64,000 bases of DNA from an uncultured delta proteobacterium (GCA_963711565.1 CAVQEQ010000004.1:864001-928000), one strand, 5' to 3'. Shown: positions 1 through 7,921, numbered from the stretch's first letter. Translations and numbers: made by a program. The notes: generated by a model not told the origin, from the letters alone.

Positions 1-1
1 A

Positions 2-310
2 CGGCCTCGCTTCTTCGCCGAGCAGGCCGTCATTGGTGATGTCGCCGGGAACGACGACGACCTTATCTTCGATGTACCGATCGAACTTGTCGCCGAGATG
101 TTCGCGCAGCGGCGCAAACACAGGCGAGTCCAGAATCTCGCGACGAAAGCGGCCGACACTGCTCCGCCGGTCGCCGCGAATCAGCAAATACACGCGCTCG
201 ATTTCGGGATGCCATCGCAGCAGGACGGCGAGAAACACCTTGCCGAGAAATCCGGTCGAGCCTGTAAGCAGTATGCGACGGCCCTTGAGCACCTGCTCGA
301 GTGCCGGCAT
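2..310 (-). CDS. N-terminal fragment of a fatty acyl-CoA reductase (male-sterility/NAD_binding_4) domain protein, ElbD-like; runs off the window edge
   Basis: Not in the ORF track. Manual translation from ATG at 310 gives MPALEQVLKGRRILLTGSTGFLGKVFLAVLLRWHPEIERVYLLIRG...VVVVPGDIT, with the TGxTGFLG Rossmann motif and the YLLIR/GDIT motifs of FAR domains. GGAG lies just upstream and the frame is open to position 1. Confidence 0.85.
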   Translation of the reverse strand, partial: MPALEQVLKGRRILLTGSTGFLGKVFLAVLLRWHPEIERVYLLIRGDRRSSVGRFRREILDSPVFAPLREHLGDKFDRYIEDKVVVVPGDITNDGLLGEEARP

Positions 311-335
311 ACCAGCTCCGTTGCGCCTGCCGTTG

Positions 336-1976
336 CTACTCGACATCCGCGATCACCAGCGGCGGCAGGTGCAGGTACGTTATCTCGGCCGAGCGTCCGA
401 GCTCCAACGTCGCCATCGCGATCGCCTCGTCGAGCGTGTCCGCCGCTTCCCATCCAAGACGTGCGGCGACCTCCGGCTCTTCGCATCCCGCCGCGATCAC
501 GCGCCCGACGTGCTGCCGCGCCGGCTCGCCCCAGTACCACATGTAGAACGGATGGACGCCGTGGTACGCGTTGCCGTAACGGTACATGTGGATATAAGTG
601 GGGTTGCGCGCGAACTCACGCTCGAAATTTTTCTCGAGCTCGACGGCGTCGGTCGTCTCGGCGAGGCATCGATGGAAGAACTCGATGTAACTTGGATGAT
701 GCTCGGGATGAAATTCGTCGCGCAGCGGATGACAGATGATCATCGTGCCGCCTTCGCGCACCAGCGGCTTGTTGCGATACATGTTGAACAGGTAGCCGAG
801 ACCCGTGCACTGCACGAGGACCGGATTCATGATCGAGTTGACGTTGTACGGACAGATGTACGGCACGCCGACGATCAGAATGTCGGCCTGACCCTTCACC
901 GGCACCGCGTACTGCTGGAAGACTCGCGCGAGCGCCTTCTGATGCACCGTCTCGGTGTCGCCCGCCCACACGCCGATCATGCCGTACGGCGCCGCGTAGT
1001 TGTGCAGCACGGTTCGCCGCATCTCGCTCGACATGTTGCGCATCGTCCACTGAAAGCCCTTCAGCCGCGTGCGATCCCAGTCGGTGAAGTGGTCTTCGTT
1101 CTTGTGCAGGAAGTCGAGCATCCCGCCGTACATCCGCGTGTTCACGGCGGTCTCGATCTGAAAAATCTTGACCGACTCGTGAATCAACTTGCCCATCCGA
1201 TCCGACGAGCGATGCAGCGCCGAGCGCGTCGGGTCCATGTACGAGTGCGAATCGCGCAGCGTGCCGACGTTGTGGTGATGGCGCAGGCTCTGGTACGGCG
1301 CGAGTCCGACGGCGACCGACTTGTGCCCGCCGTCCATCGGCACCAGGTTGATGTTCAGGTAGATGAGCAGGTCGGACTCGGCCGCGCGCCGCGAGAGCCA
1401 GACCTCCTCGCCATGCTCGGTCTTGCCCAACATCGCCAGCTCGGCGCGATTCTCCGCGTCGAAGTTGTACAGCCGGTCCGGCCAGTACTGTTTGAACGCG
1501 CGCTCGCCTACGACGCGGCGAATCTCGGCTTCCGTCATCCGCCGATGCAGCAACGTCGCGATCACCAGGTGAACGTCGTCAACTCCGTAATCGGCAAGCG
1601 TCTGCAGCACCTGATTGAGCAGGCGCTCGCGAATGTCAGGACGGCGCATCTGCGGCAGCGGCAGGCTGATGTCGTCGATCGCGATCGTCACGCGCATGTT
1701 GGGACTGAGCTGCGCGAACAGCGGATCCTGGTTCTCGGGATGGAGAATGGCGTAGCGAATCGCCTGGTCGGCGTCGGCGAGCGGATCGAGCGGCGGCGGC
1801 GGATAGATCACGCGCGTACCGACCGGCAGCTTCTCGAGCAGAAATTCCTCGCCGTACGGGATGATGCGGCGCTCCGAGCGCCGATTCAGCTTGACGACCA
1901 GCTCGCTGCGCGCGCCGACTTCGTGACGCAGCTCGGCGGTTTTCAGTTCCTTGAGTTTTGCTTCAGGCCGCGCCAT
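336..1976 (-). CDS. Lactate racemase (LarA/DUF2088)-family protein, ElbC-like
   Basis: 546 aa with LarA-like motifs: VTIAIDDISLP, IATLLHRRMT, MDGGHKS (Lys position) and a His cluster HHHN. Overlaps the upstream HAD gene. Confidence 0.8.
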   Translation of the reverse strand: MARPEAKLKELKTAELRHEVGARSELVVKLNRRSERRIIPYGEEFLLEKLPVGTRVIYPPPPLDPLADADQAIRYAILHPENQDPLFAQLSPNMRVTIAIDDISLPLPQMRRPDIRERLLNQVLQTLADYGVDDVHLVIATLLHRRMTEAEIRRVVGERAFKQYWPDRLYNFDAENRAELAMLGKTEHGEEVWLSRRAAESDLLIYLNINLVPMDGGHKSVAVGLAPYQSLRHHHNVGTLRDSHSYMDPTRSALHRSSDRMGKLIHESVKIFQIETAVNTRMYGGMLDFLHKNEDHFTDWDRTRLKGFQWTMRNMSSEMRRTVLHNYAAPYGMIGVWAGDTETVHQKALARVFQQYAVPVKGQADILIVGVPYICPYNVNSIMNPVLVQCTGLGYLFNMYRNKPLVREGGTMIICHPLRDEFHPEHHPSYIEFFHRCLAETTDAVELEKNFEREFARNPTYIHMYRYGNAYHGVHPFYMWYWGEPARQHVGRVIAAGCEEPEVAARLGWEAADTLDEAIAMATLELGRSAEITYLHLPPLVIADVE

Positions 1977-2784
1977 CCGAGCCTCGCGTTGAACGTTCGT
2001 TGTCGTGGTTGAGTTCCAGGTTGTTGTCGAAATCTTCGGGCTGCTTTGAATCCGCGGCCTTCTCGAAATGGAGCACAGGCCACTGCCGGCTTAGCGCGGC
2101 CGCGCGCAATCGGCGATCGGGGTTGACGGCGACAGGATGCCCGAGCGCCGCAAGAAACGCGATGTCGTAGTGCGAGTCGGCGTAACCCCAGCAATCCGCA
2201 AGATCGATGTTGCGCTCGGCAGCGTAGTCCGAGCACCAGACGGCCTTTTCGTCGCCCGCCATCACAGGCTCCGCCAGCCGGCCCGTCGCGCGGCCGCGGC
2301 TGAAGACAAATCGGTTCGCCGCGAAATCCGCGATCCCAAGATGACGCGCGAGTGGCGCCACGATGAAGTCCGGCGAGCCTGTTACGAGCACCGGCTCGAT
2401 TCCGGCCTCGCGATTCGCCTCGATCAATTCCACCGCGCGCGGAAAAAGATGTCCGACGAGGATGCGCCCGCAATATTCCTCGCCGAGCGAGAACAGGCGG
2501 TCGCGCGAGACGCCCTTGAAGGCCTCGAACAGCACGGTGTTCAGCAGCCGGCGGTCGCGCTGCTCCGCGATGTACAAGCGCGGGATTCGCGCGGCGAATC
2601 CGAGCAGGTACGACACGCGCCCGGTCCATTCGCCGACGTTGGCGAGCGTGAAAATTGCCGCATGCACCAGGTTCAGATCGACCAGCGTCCCGTCCAGATC
2701 GTAAAATGCCGCCCGGCGCTTCCGGGGCCTGGAAGCCTTGGGCGCGTGGCCGTTGGACGTTTTCTTATGACTGTAAACTGACAT
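1963..2784 (-). CDS. HAD-IB family phosphatase (SerB-like), ElbB-like
   Basis: HAD motif I FYDLDGTL, motif II VTGS, motif III Lys (GDEKA), motif IV GYADSHYD, and VAVNPD. Confidence 0.88.
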   Translation of the reverse strand: MSVYSHKKTSNGHAPKASRPRKRRAAFYDLDGTLVDLNLVHAAIFTLANVGEWTGRVSYLLGFAARIPRLYIAEQRDRRLLNTVLFEAFKGVSRDRLFSLGEEYCGRILVGHLFPRAVELIEANREAGIEPVLVTGSPDFIVAPLARHLGIADFAANRFVFSRGRATGRLAEPVMAGDEKAVWCSDYAAERNIDLADCWGYADSHYDIAFLAALGHPVAVNPDRRLRAAALSRQWPVLHFEKAADSKQPEDFDNNLELNHDNERSTRGSDGAA

Positions 2785-2790
2785 GTCAGT
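2777..2790. promoter_or_regulatory. Perfect 14-bp palindrome ACTGACATGTCAGT at the TetR stop/HAD start junction; candidate TetR operator
   Basis: The palindrome is read directly; its function is inferred from the adjacent TetR gene. Confidence 0.4.
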
Positions 2791-3454
2791 CTAGTTTGGG
2801 CCCAAAAAAAGAGCTCTCCCTCGAACTTGCTTCACCTGCGACTTCGCCTCGCGCGCGCACGAATTTCAACAGCTCGGGACGCGCCACGCCGCTCAGCCCG
2901 AAGGCCAGTATTTCCTCGACCAGCGCCGACGGATCGGCATCGGGACTGCGCGAGAGCATCCCGATAACTTCTTTGATGCCGCCGAGGATCGCATACGACA
3001 CCGCGCGCGTATCCGAGACGCGTACCAGGTTCATCTCGATTCCGAGATCGAGCGACCGTTTGATCAGCGCCGCGATCCGATCGTAGAAATCCTGGATCTT
3101 GTCGTCGAGCTCGTGGTCGAAGCCGGTCGAATGGTTGAGCAGAATGTCGGTGAGTTCGCGCTCCGCCAGCGCGTAGCTCAGCACCCGCATCAGGTTCGCG
3201 CGCAGTTGATCCACGGGGTCGGGCTCTCCCGGTCCCGGCCGCAGCCGCTCAACCCTCCGCGTCAACTCGCTGAGCGCCTGCTCGAGCAATTCCTCGAACA
3301 GGTCCTTCTTGTTCTGGAAGTAGAGATAGAACGTGCCACGCGCGATGCGGGCGCGGGCAATGATGTCCGCGACATTGGTCCTGTGATATCCCTTGCGAGC
3401 GAAGATGCGCTTGGCGTGGCGCAGCACCTGCGCGCGTCGGGCTTGGCGTTCCAT
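2786..3454 (-). CDS. TetR/AcrR family transcriptional regulator
   Basis: HTH FARKGYHRTNVADIIARARIARGTFYLYF. Start placed at ATG 3454, which has a GGAG RBS; the TTG at 3508 is part of a -35 box. Confidence 0.9.
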   Translation of the reverse strand: MERQARRAQVLRHAKRIFARKGYHRTNVADIIARARIARGTFYLYFQNKKDLFEELLEQALSELTRRVERLRPGPGEPDPVDQLRANLMRVLSYALAERELTDILLNHSTGFDHELDDKIQDFYDRIAALIKRSLDLGIEMNLVRVSDTRAVSYAILGGIKEVIGMLSRSPDADPSALVEEILAFGLSGVARPELLKFVRARGEVAGEASSRESSFFGPKLD

Positions 3455-3478
3455 CGCGATTCTCCGTGCGGAACTTTC

Positions 3479-3508
3479 ACCGTAGTTCGGGATACCACGC
3501 AGTGTCAA
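3479..3508 (-). promoter_or_regulatory. Sigma70-type promoter for the TetR/elb-like operon
   Basis: Minus strand TTGACA-18 nt-TACGGT, about 25 nt upstream of ATG 3454. Confidence 0.55.
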
Positions 3509-3518
3509 ATCCGGGACG

Positions 3519-3598
3519 AGGAAGGGTAAATCACTTTATTGAATGTGGAACCCGCCGTGGGTTCCACACCTCCTTGGGCAGGGGTGACCCCTGCACCC
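3519..3598 (+). repeat. Dispersed ~80-bp two-hairpin repeat, family A, copy 1
   Basis: GGAAGGGTAAATCACTTTATTGAATGTGGAACCC-N5-GGGTTCCAC...CCTTGGGCAGGGGTGACCCCTGCACCC; near-identical copies at 24038 and 50362. Confidence 0.85.
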
Positions 3599-3668
3599 GG
3601 TAGCAATCGCAAAAGGCGCGGACGCCTTTTGCTCTCAGGTTCTTTTTGCTGAGTCATTCAATTTTTGT

Positions 3669-3695
3669 GTCATTCAGAGCGAAGCGAAGAATCCC
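3669..3695 (+). repeat. CGTC/TGTC-type REP-like unit (family C, single short copy)
   Basis: GTCATTCAGAGCGAAGCGAAGAATCCC shares the GTCATYC head with the units at 45244, 53143 and 60382. Confidence 0.55.
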
Positions 3696-3779
3696 GGCTC
3701 CTTCTTACTTCCAAGCGGCGCTAGCATTCGAGACTGATAGGGTGGAAACGTGTTACGACAGTGCTTTGGAGGAAATCAT

Positions 3780-4232
3780 ATGAGCGATTCACATTTCTGG
3801 GACAAGGTCCACGCCGCCGCGGCCAAAGCGACATGGGCATACCTCGCGACCGCAAACGGAGCCCAGCCCAAGGTCCGCGTCGTCCATCCCGCCTTCGAGG
3901 GCGATCGCGTCTGGGTCGCGACGGGACGCGAATCGGCCAAGGCTCGGCATATCGATAAGAACGCCAAGGTCGAGCTGTTCTATCAAATCGGCGCCGAGAT
4001 GGTTCATCTGACCGTCACAGGCAAGGCGAAATTTGTGGAAGACGTTGCGGAGAAGAAACGAATCTGGAACGGCAAGGTCTTCGACTACGATCTCTCGCAG
4101 TTCTGGCCGGGCGGGCCTGAGTCGAAGGACTTCGGCTTGATGCTGATCACGCCGGACCGCGTCGAGCTGACCTCGCTGCCCGAAATGACAACCGGCAAGA
4201 AGCCCGAAGTGTGGCGCGCGCCGAGGAAGTAG
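3780..4232 (+). CDS. Pyridoxamine 5'-phosphate oxidase-like FMN-binding split-barrel protein
   Basis: YLATANGAQPKVRVV...VWVATGRESAKARHIDKNAKVEL pattern; GGAGG RBS before ATG 3780. Confidence 0.82.
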   Translation: MSDSHFWDKVHAAAAKATWAYLATANGAQPKVRVVHPAFEGDRVWVATGRESAKARHIDKNAKVELFYQIGAEMVHLTVTGKAKFVEDVAEKKRIWNGKVFDYDLSQFWPGGPESKDFGLMLITPDRVELTSLPEMTTGKKPEVWRAPRK

Positions 4233-4266
4233 CTCCTGGAGAGAGGTAGCTCTTATAAATTGGGGG

Positions 4267-4302
4267 TTCTCCTTCCCTCGAGGGAAGGGGTTAGGGGTTA
4301 GG
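4267..4302 (+). repeat. CCCTTCC..GGAAGGG-TTAGGGGTTAGG palindromic repeat, family B (single arm)
   Basis: CCTTCCCTCGAGGGAAGGGGTTAGGGGTTAGG between convergent genes; homologous copies at 44348, 51540, 53073 and 57779. Confidence 0.8.
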
Positions 4303-4332
4303 TTGACTGCGGATCACCTGCGGATTCGGATT

Positions 4333-4833
4333 TCATCCGCGGACGCGTTCGCGCGCGAAGATTGCGCGCTCTTCGGCGGTCATCTTCTCGCGGATGCGCG
4401 AGCCTTTCCCTAGATGCCGATATTCGCCGCCTTCTGAGAAATATTCTTCGTACGGCTGCGCCGGGATTGGCTCTGGCGGCGGCGTGTCGGTGATTTTTAC
4501 GTCGAGCACTTCCTCGACGAGCTTAGTGTCGTACATCCTGACCGCGTCGTAGTCCGTCAGCAGCGCGCATACTTCGACGCAGATGTAACACCCGATGCAT
4601 TCCTGGAAGCGATCCTGCACCGGCTGCACGCCGCGTCCCGGGACCGAGCCGGGCGACAGATACTCGATGCATTGCACGGGGCAGAACTCGGGACACTTGC
4701 CGCACGGGAAGCACAGGTTCACGTCCATGAACGCGACTTCGCGCGGACGCTTTTTCTTTTGTCCGACTTCTTCCGGAGTCTCGGGGATACGGTCTTCCTT
4801 GAGCCGGCGCTTGATGATGTCGATGGCGCTCAT
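4333..4833 (-). CDS. 2x[4Fe-4S] dicluster ferredoxin with C-terminal extension
   Basis: CFPCGKCPEFCP and CIGCYICVEVC motifs. Confidence 0.85.
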   Translation of the reverse strand: MSAIDIIKRRLKEDRIPETPEEVGQKKKRPREVAFMDVNLCFPCGKCPEFCPVQCIEYLSPGSVPGRGVQPVQDRFQECIGCYICVEVCALLTDYDAVRMYDTKLVEEVLDVKITDTPPPEPIPAQPYEEYFSEGGEYRHLGKGSRIREKMTAEERAIFARERVRG

Positions 4834-4916
4834 ACTTCTATAGTCACGCCATTTCAGCGCGCCCGGTCAAGCGCTGGACTGCCAGGGCTGGTCGCCGCTC
4901 GCTGTCGTCGATGCGC

Positions 4917-6482
4917 CTATCTGACGGCGAAGATGCGGCCGGTCGATGTCCCGACGTAGAGCATCCCCGACGGCGACGATGCGGCCGTCGCGATCTTGCC
5001 GAAGCTTCGCAACGTCCAGACGTAGGTGCCGTCGCCCGTCAGCACCGCCCCGACGTCGCCGGTCGCCGCGTCGAACACGCCGTCGTCGCCAACCACGCTC
5101 AATCCGGCGTCGCCCGGTTTCAGCGACGAGTTTTCCCATTGGACCTGCCCGTCGGCATTGACGCTATAAATCGTATCTGAGCCGGCGAAGATTGCGCCCG
5201 ATGGAGCGACAACAGGTCCAGCCGTGACCGCATTCGCGGAGTTGCTGTGCCATAGCGGATTGCCGGTACGCGAATCGATTGCATATATGCCGCCGCCCAC
5301 CGAGCCCGCGTAAACCACGTCATCTGAGTAAGCAACCGATCCCGAAAATCCGCCGTCAGGCTGGAACGTCCACACTACGGCGCCGTCCGCCGCGAGTGCC
5401 GAGACCGCGCCGCGCGAGGTTCCCACCACGACCCCGTCTGGAGTCGCCGCCGCACTGGTCACCGGTCCGATGCTCACGCGCCAATTGAGAGAGCCGCCGG
5501 TGCTGACGGACACGAGGTCGCCGCCGACCGAAGCGTAAATCGCGCGATCGGTTGCCGCGAGCGGTCCCGCGCTATCGCCAATTTCAAGATTCCAGAGCGT
5601 CGCGCCGTCAGGACCGATCGCGGCAAGTGCCGACTTGGACACCATCGCGACCACCGTTCCGTCCGGCAACACCACTGGTGACGAACCGTCGGCAGAGCGG
5701 TGCATGGTTTCCTTGCCCGCGGAATTCAGCCCGTGCAGCACGCCGTCGCGCGTAATGAAGAATATCGAGCCGCCGGCGCCGGTCGCGATTCGTCCTCGTA
5801 GTTCCGCGCCCGCGTCGAAGGTCCACATCAGGACACCCGCACTCCGCGCCGACGGCGCAGGCGTGCTGGAGGCTGCCGGCGCCAGGGCGCCACCCGGCGT
5901 CGCCGTTGGAGTCGCAATAGGCGTGGGGCACATGAAGGCGGTTCCGCCGGGGCCGCACGTGGCGAGGTTGTCGTAAACACCGATCGCAAGAAACTGACTG
6001 CTCACACCGGAACTGCTCGCAAGGATGCAGACGCATCCGGCAAATCCGGTCGTATAAACGCCGCCCAAGTCGCCGGACGGCGGCGCCAGCAGCACAGTGT
6101 TGTCGGTGGAGGTCCAAAGTGTGGCCGCTCCCGCGGTGATATCCACGTACTTGATTCTTTTGTTCCTGATGAAGGTACCGATCGCATTAAATGAGATCGT
6201 CCCGCCGGTCGGCACGCTGCCAGGCTCAATGTTGGTTGGACTTGCTGACGGCCGCGGCGTCAGCGTGGGCGTCACGCTGTTTTTGGGAGTGGGGAACACT
6301 GTGGGCGTGGGCGAGGGCGGAGCGCCGGTCGAGATCGTGATCGCTTCGAGCGCGAAGCCAGGACTTGGAGTTGGAAGAGTTCCGCCGCTACCACCGCTGC
6401 CGCAACTGAGCAGGATTGCTCCGAACACGAACAACACCACCGGCGCAACCACCAGCAATCTAAGCCACCGCGACAACATCAA
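4917..6482 (-). CDS. Lipoprotein with Ig-like region and PQQ/BamB-like beta-propeller repeats
   Basis: Lipobox-like ILLSC, Pro/Thr-rich linkers, and repeated G..xWxF blades (GVLMWTF, GATLWNL, GAVVWTF, GNPLWHS). Confidence 0.78.
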   Translation of the reverse strand: MMLSRWLRLLVVAPVVLFVFGAILLSCGSGGSGGTLPTPSPGFALEAITISTGAPPSPTPTVFPTPKNSVTPTLTPRPSASPTNIEPGSVPTGGTISFNAIGTFIRNKRIKYVDITAGAATLWTSTDNTVLLAPPSGDLGGVYTTGFAGCVCILASSSGVSSQFLAIGVYDNLATCGPGGTAFMCPTPIATPTATPGGALAPAASSTPAPSARSAGVLMWTFDAGAELRGRIATGAGGSIFFITRDGVLHGLNSAGKETMHRSADGSSPVVLPDGTVVAMVSKSALAAIGPDGATLWNLEIGDSAGPLAATDRAIYASVGGDLVSVSTGGSLNWRVSIGPVTSAAATPDGVVVGTSRGAVSALAADGAVVWTFQPDGGFSGSVAYSDDVVYAGSVGGGIYAIDSRTGNPLWHSNSANAVTAGPVVAPSGAIFAGSDTIYSVNADGQVQWENSSLKPGDAGLSVVGDDGVFDAATGDVGAVLTGDGTYVWTLRSFGKIATAASSPSGMLYVGTSTGRIFAVR

Positions 6483-6574
6483 GCCATGAGCTATGACTGA
6501 TGCAATCGCGCGCTGTCAAGTTGAACAGCGATTTCGGCTTGCGAAGACCTTCCGAAAAGCCAGTCTGTATTCGC

Positions 6575-6740
6575 TTAAAACAAAAAATGGCGGGCATCTG
6601 AAGAGGGGGGGACTCTCCAATGCCCGCCTGTTCGTAGCGGCCGTCCGCGTACGCTGCGGACGGAAACCGGTTGATTGGGAGGAACAAACCAACCGGCCAG
6701 GTGCCAGAGCCGTGCGCACCTGTCTATTGAGACGATTCAA
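6575..6740 (-). ncRNA. Candidate small RNA with four hairpins, an anti-SD loop and an intrinsic terminator
   Basis: Minus-strand stems at 6698-6722, 6667-6696 (loop UUCCUCC), 6641-6663 and 6589-6628 (C-rich loop, followed by AUUUUUUGUUUU). An AT-rich promoter-like tract lies at 6740-6780. Confidence 0.5.
6577..6628 (-). terminator. Rho-independent terminator
   Basis: GGCGGGCAT...ATGCCCGCC stem followed by a T-run on the minus strand. Confidence 0.7.
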
Positions 6741-6827
6741 TTCGGTGATTATTCAAAGACAAAAAAGTTTTCATTTGCACGTACCGTCAGTCGGACTAGA
6801 CTCGGCGCCGGAGGGTACGAAAAAGCT

Positions 6828-7835
6828 ATGGAATATCGGCGATTAGGTGGAACCGGGCTCAAAGTTTCGGAACTTTGTCTGGGATGCATGACGTTTGGAC
6901 GTGAGACTGACGAAAAAACTGCGGGAAAAATTCTTGACCGGTTTATTGAAGTCGGCGGCAATTTCCTCGACACCGCGAACGTTTACGCAGCCGGCGCGTC
7001 GGAGGAAATTCTCGGGCGAATTCTCGGCGAGCGCCGAAAAGATTTGATTGTCGCGACGAAAGTCCGTTTCAACGCAAATATTTTCATGGGCAAGACGGTC
7101 GCCCCGAATCAAATCGGCCTCTCGCGCGGCCATATCATGTCGGAAGTCGAGGCGAGCCTGCGCCGATTGAAGATGGACTACATCGATCTTTACCAGGTGC
7201 ATTCTTGGGACTTCGAAACGCCGATTGAAGAGACGATGCGCGCGCTGGACGACCTCGTGCGCCACGGCAAGGTGAGATACATCGGCGCGTCGAATTTTAC
7301 GGCGTGGCAACTGATGAAGAGTCTGTGGGTCAGCGATAAACGCGACTTCGCGCGCTTTGATTGCCTGCAGCCGCAATACAGCCTGATATCGCGCGAGATC
7401 GAGCGCGAGATTTTGCCGCTGTGCCGCTACGAAGGCGTCGGCGTGATTCCGTGGAGTCCGCTCGGAGGTGGATTTCTGACCGGCAAGTATCGTTCGGGTC
7501 AGCGTCCGCCCGAGGATAGCCGCCTCGCGAAGATGGATATGTGGAATCGCCTCGCCGACGAACGCAATTACAAGACGCTCGAAGCGGTCGAGCACGTGGC
7601 GAAGGAACGCGGCCGTCCAATCTCGCAGGTCGCGCTCGCGTGGGTGAATCAGCAGCCGGGTGTCAGCTCGGTGATTTACGGCGCGCGGACCGAAGAGCAG
7701 AACGAGCAGAATCTCGGCGCCATCGGATTTCGGCTCGAGGCGGCGGAGCTCGCGGCGCTCAACAAGGCGAGCGCGTTGCCGCCCGAGTATCCCGACGCGA
7801 TGCAAGCGCGGCTGCCCGGTTATCCGCGCCAGTAA
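6828..7835 (+). CDS. Aldo/keto reductase
   Basis: MEYRRLGGTGLKVSELCLGCMTFG, DTANVY, ATKV, IDLYQVH, GASN, WSPLGGGFLTGKY. Confidence 0.93.
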   Translation: MEYRRLGGTGLKVSELCLGCMTFGRETDEKTAGKILDRFIEVGGNFLDTANVYAAGASEEILGRILGERRKDLIVATKVRFNANIFMGKTVAPNQIGLSRGHIMSEVEASLRRLKMDYIDLYQVHSWDFETPIEETMRALDDLVRHGKVRYIGASNFTAWQLMKSLWVSDKRDFARFDCLQPQYSLISREIEREILPLCRYEGVGVIPWSPLGGGFLTGKYRSGQRPPEDSRLAKMDMWNRLADERNYKTLEAVEHVAKERGRPISQVALAWVNQQPGVSSVIYGARTEEQNEQNLGAIGFRLEAAELAALNKASALPPEYPDAMQARLPGYPRQ

Positions 7836-7843
7836 AGAGATTT

Positions 7844-7914
7844 GTAGGACGGAATTTATTCCGTCGCTCTTGTCGCCGTTGCCGCGCCGGATGACGGAAT
7901 AAATTCCGTCCTAC
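7844..7914. repeat. GTAG-type REP doublet (REPIN-like), family D
   Basis: GTAGGACGGAATTTATTCCGTC (7844-7865) and its perfect reverse complement (7893-7914) between convergent genes. Confidence 0.85.
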
Positions 7915-7921
7915 GGTGCAG

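Noticed and set aside
33-2012. 659-aa plus-strand ORF
   Set aside because: Antisense shadow of the LarA-like gene; Arg/His-rich with no motifs, typical of high-GC DNA.
3519-3598. Family A element as a riboswitch
   Set aside because: Copies occur between convergent genes and in inconsistent orientation relative to unrelated downstream genes.
6675-6827. TTG-started N-terminal extension of the aldo/keto reductase
   Set aside because: AKR homology begins at MEYRRLG (6828); the region is better explained by hairpins and promoter sequence.
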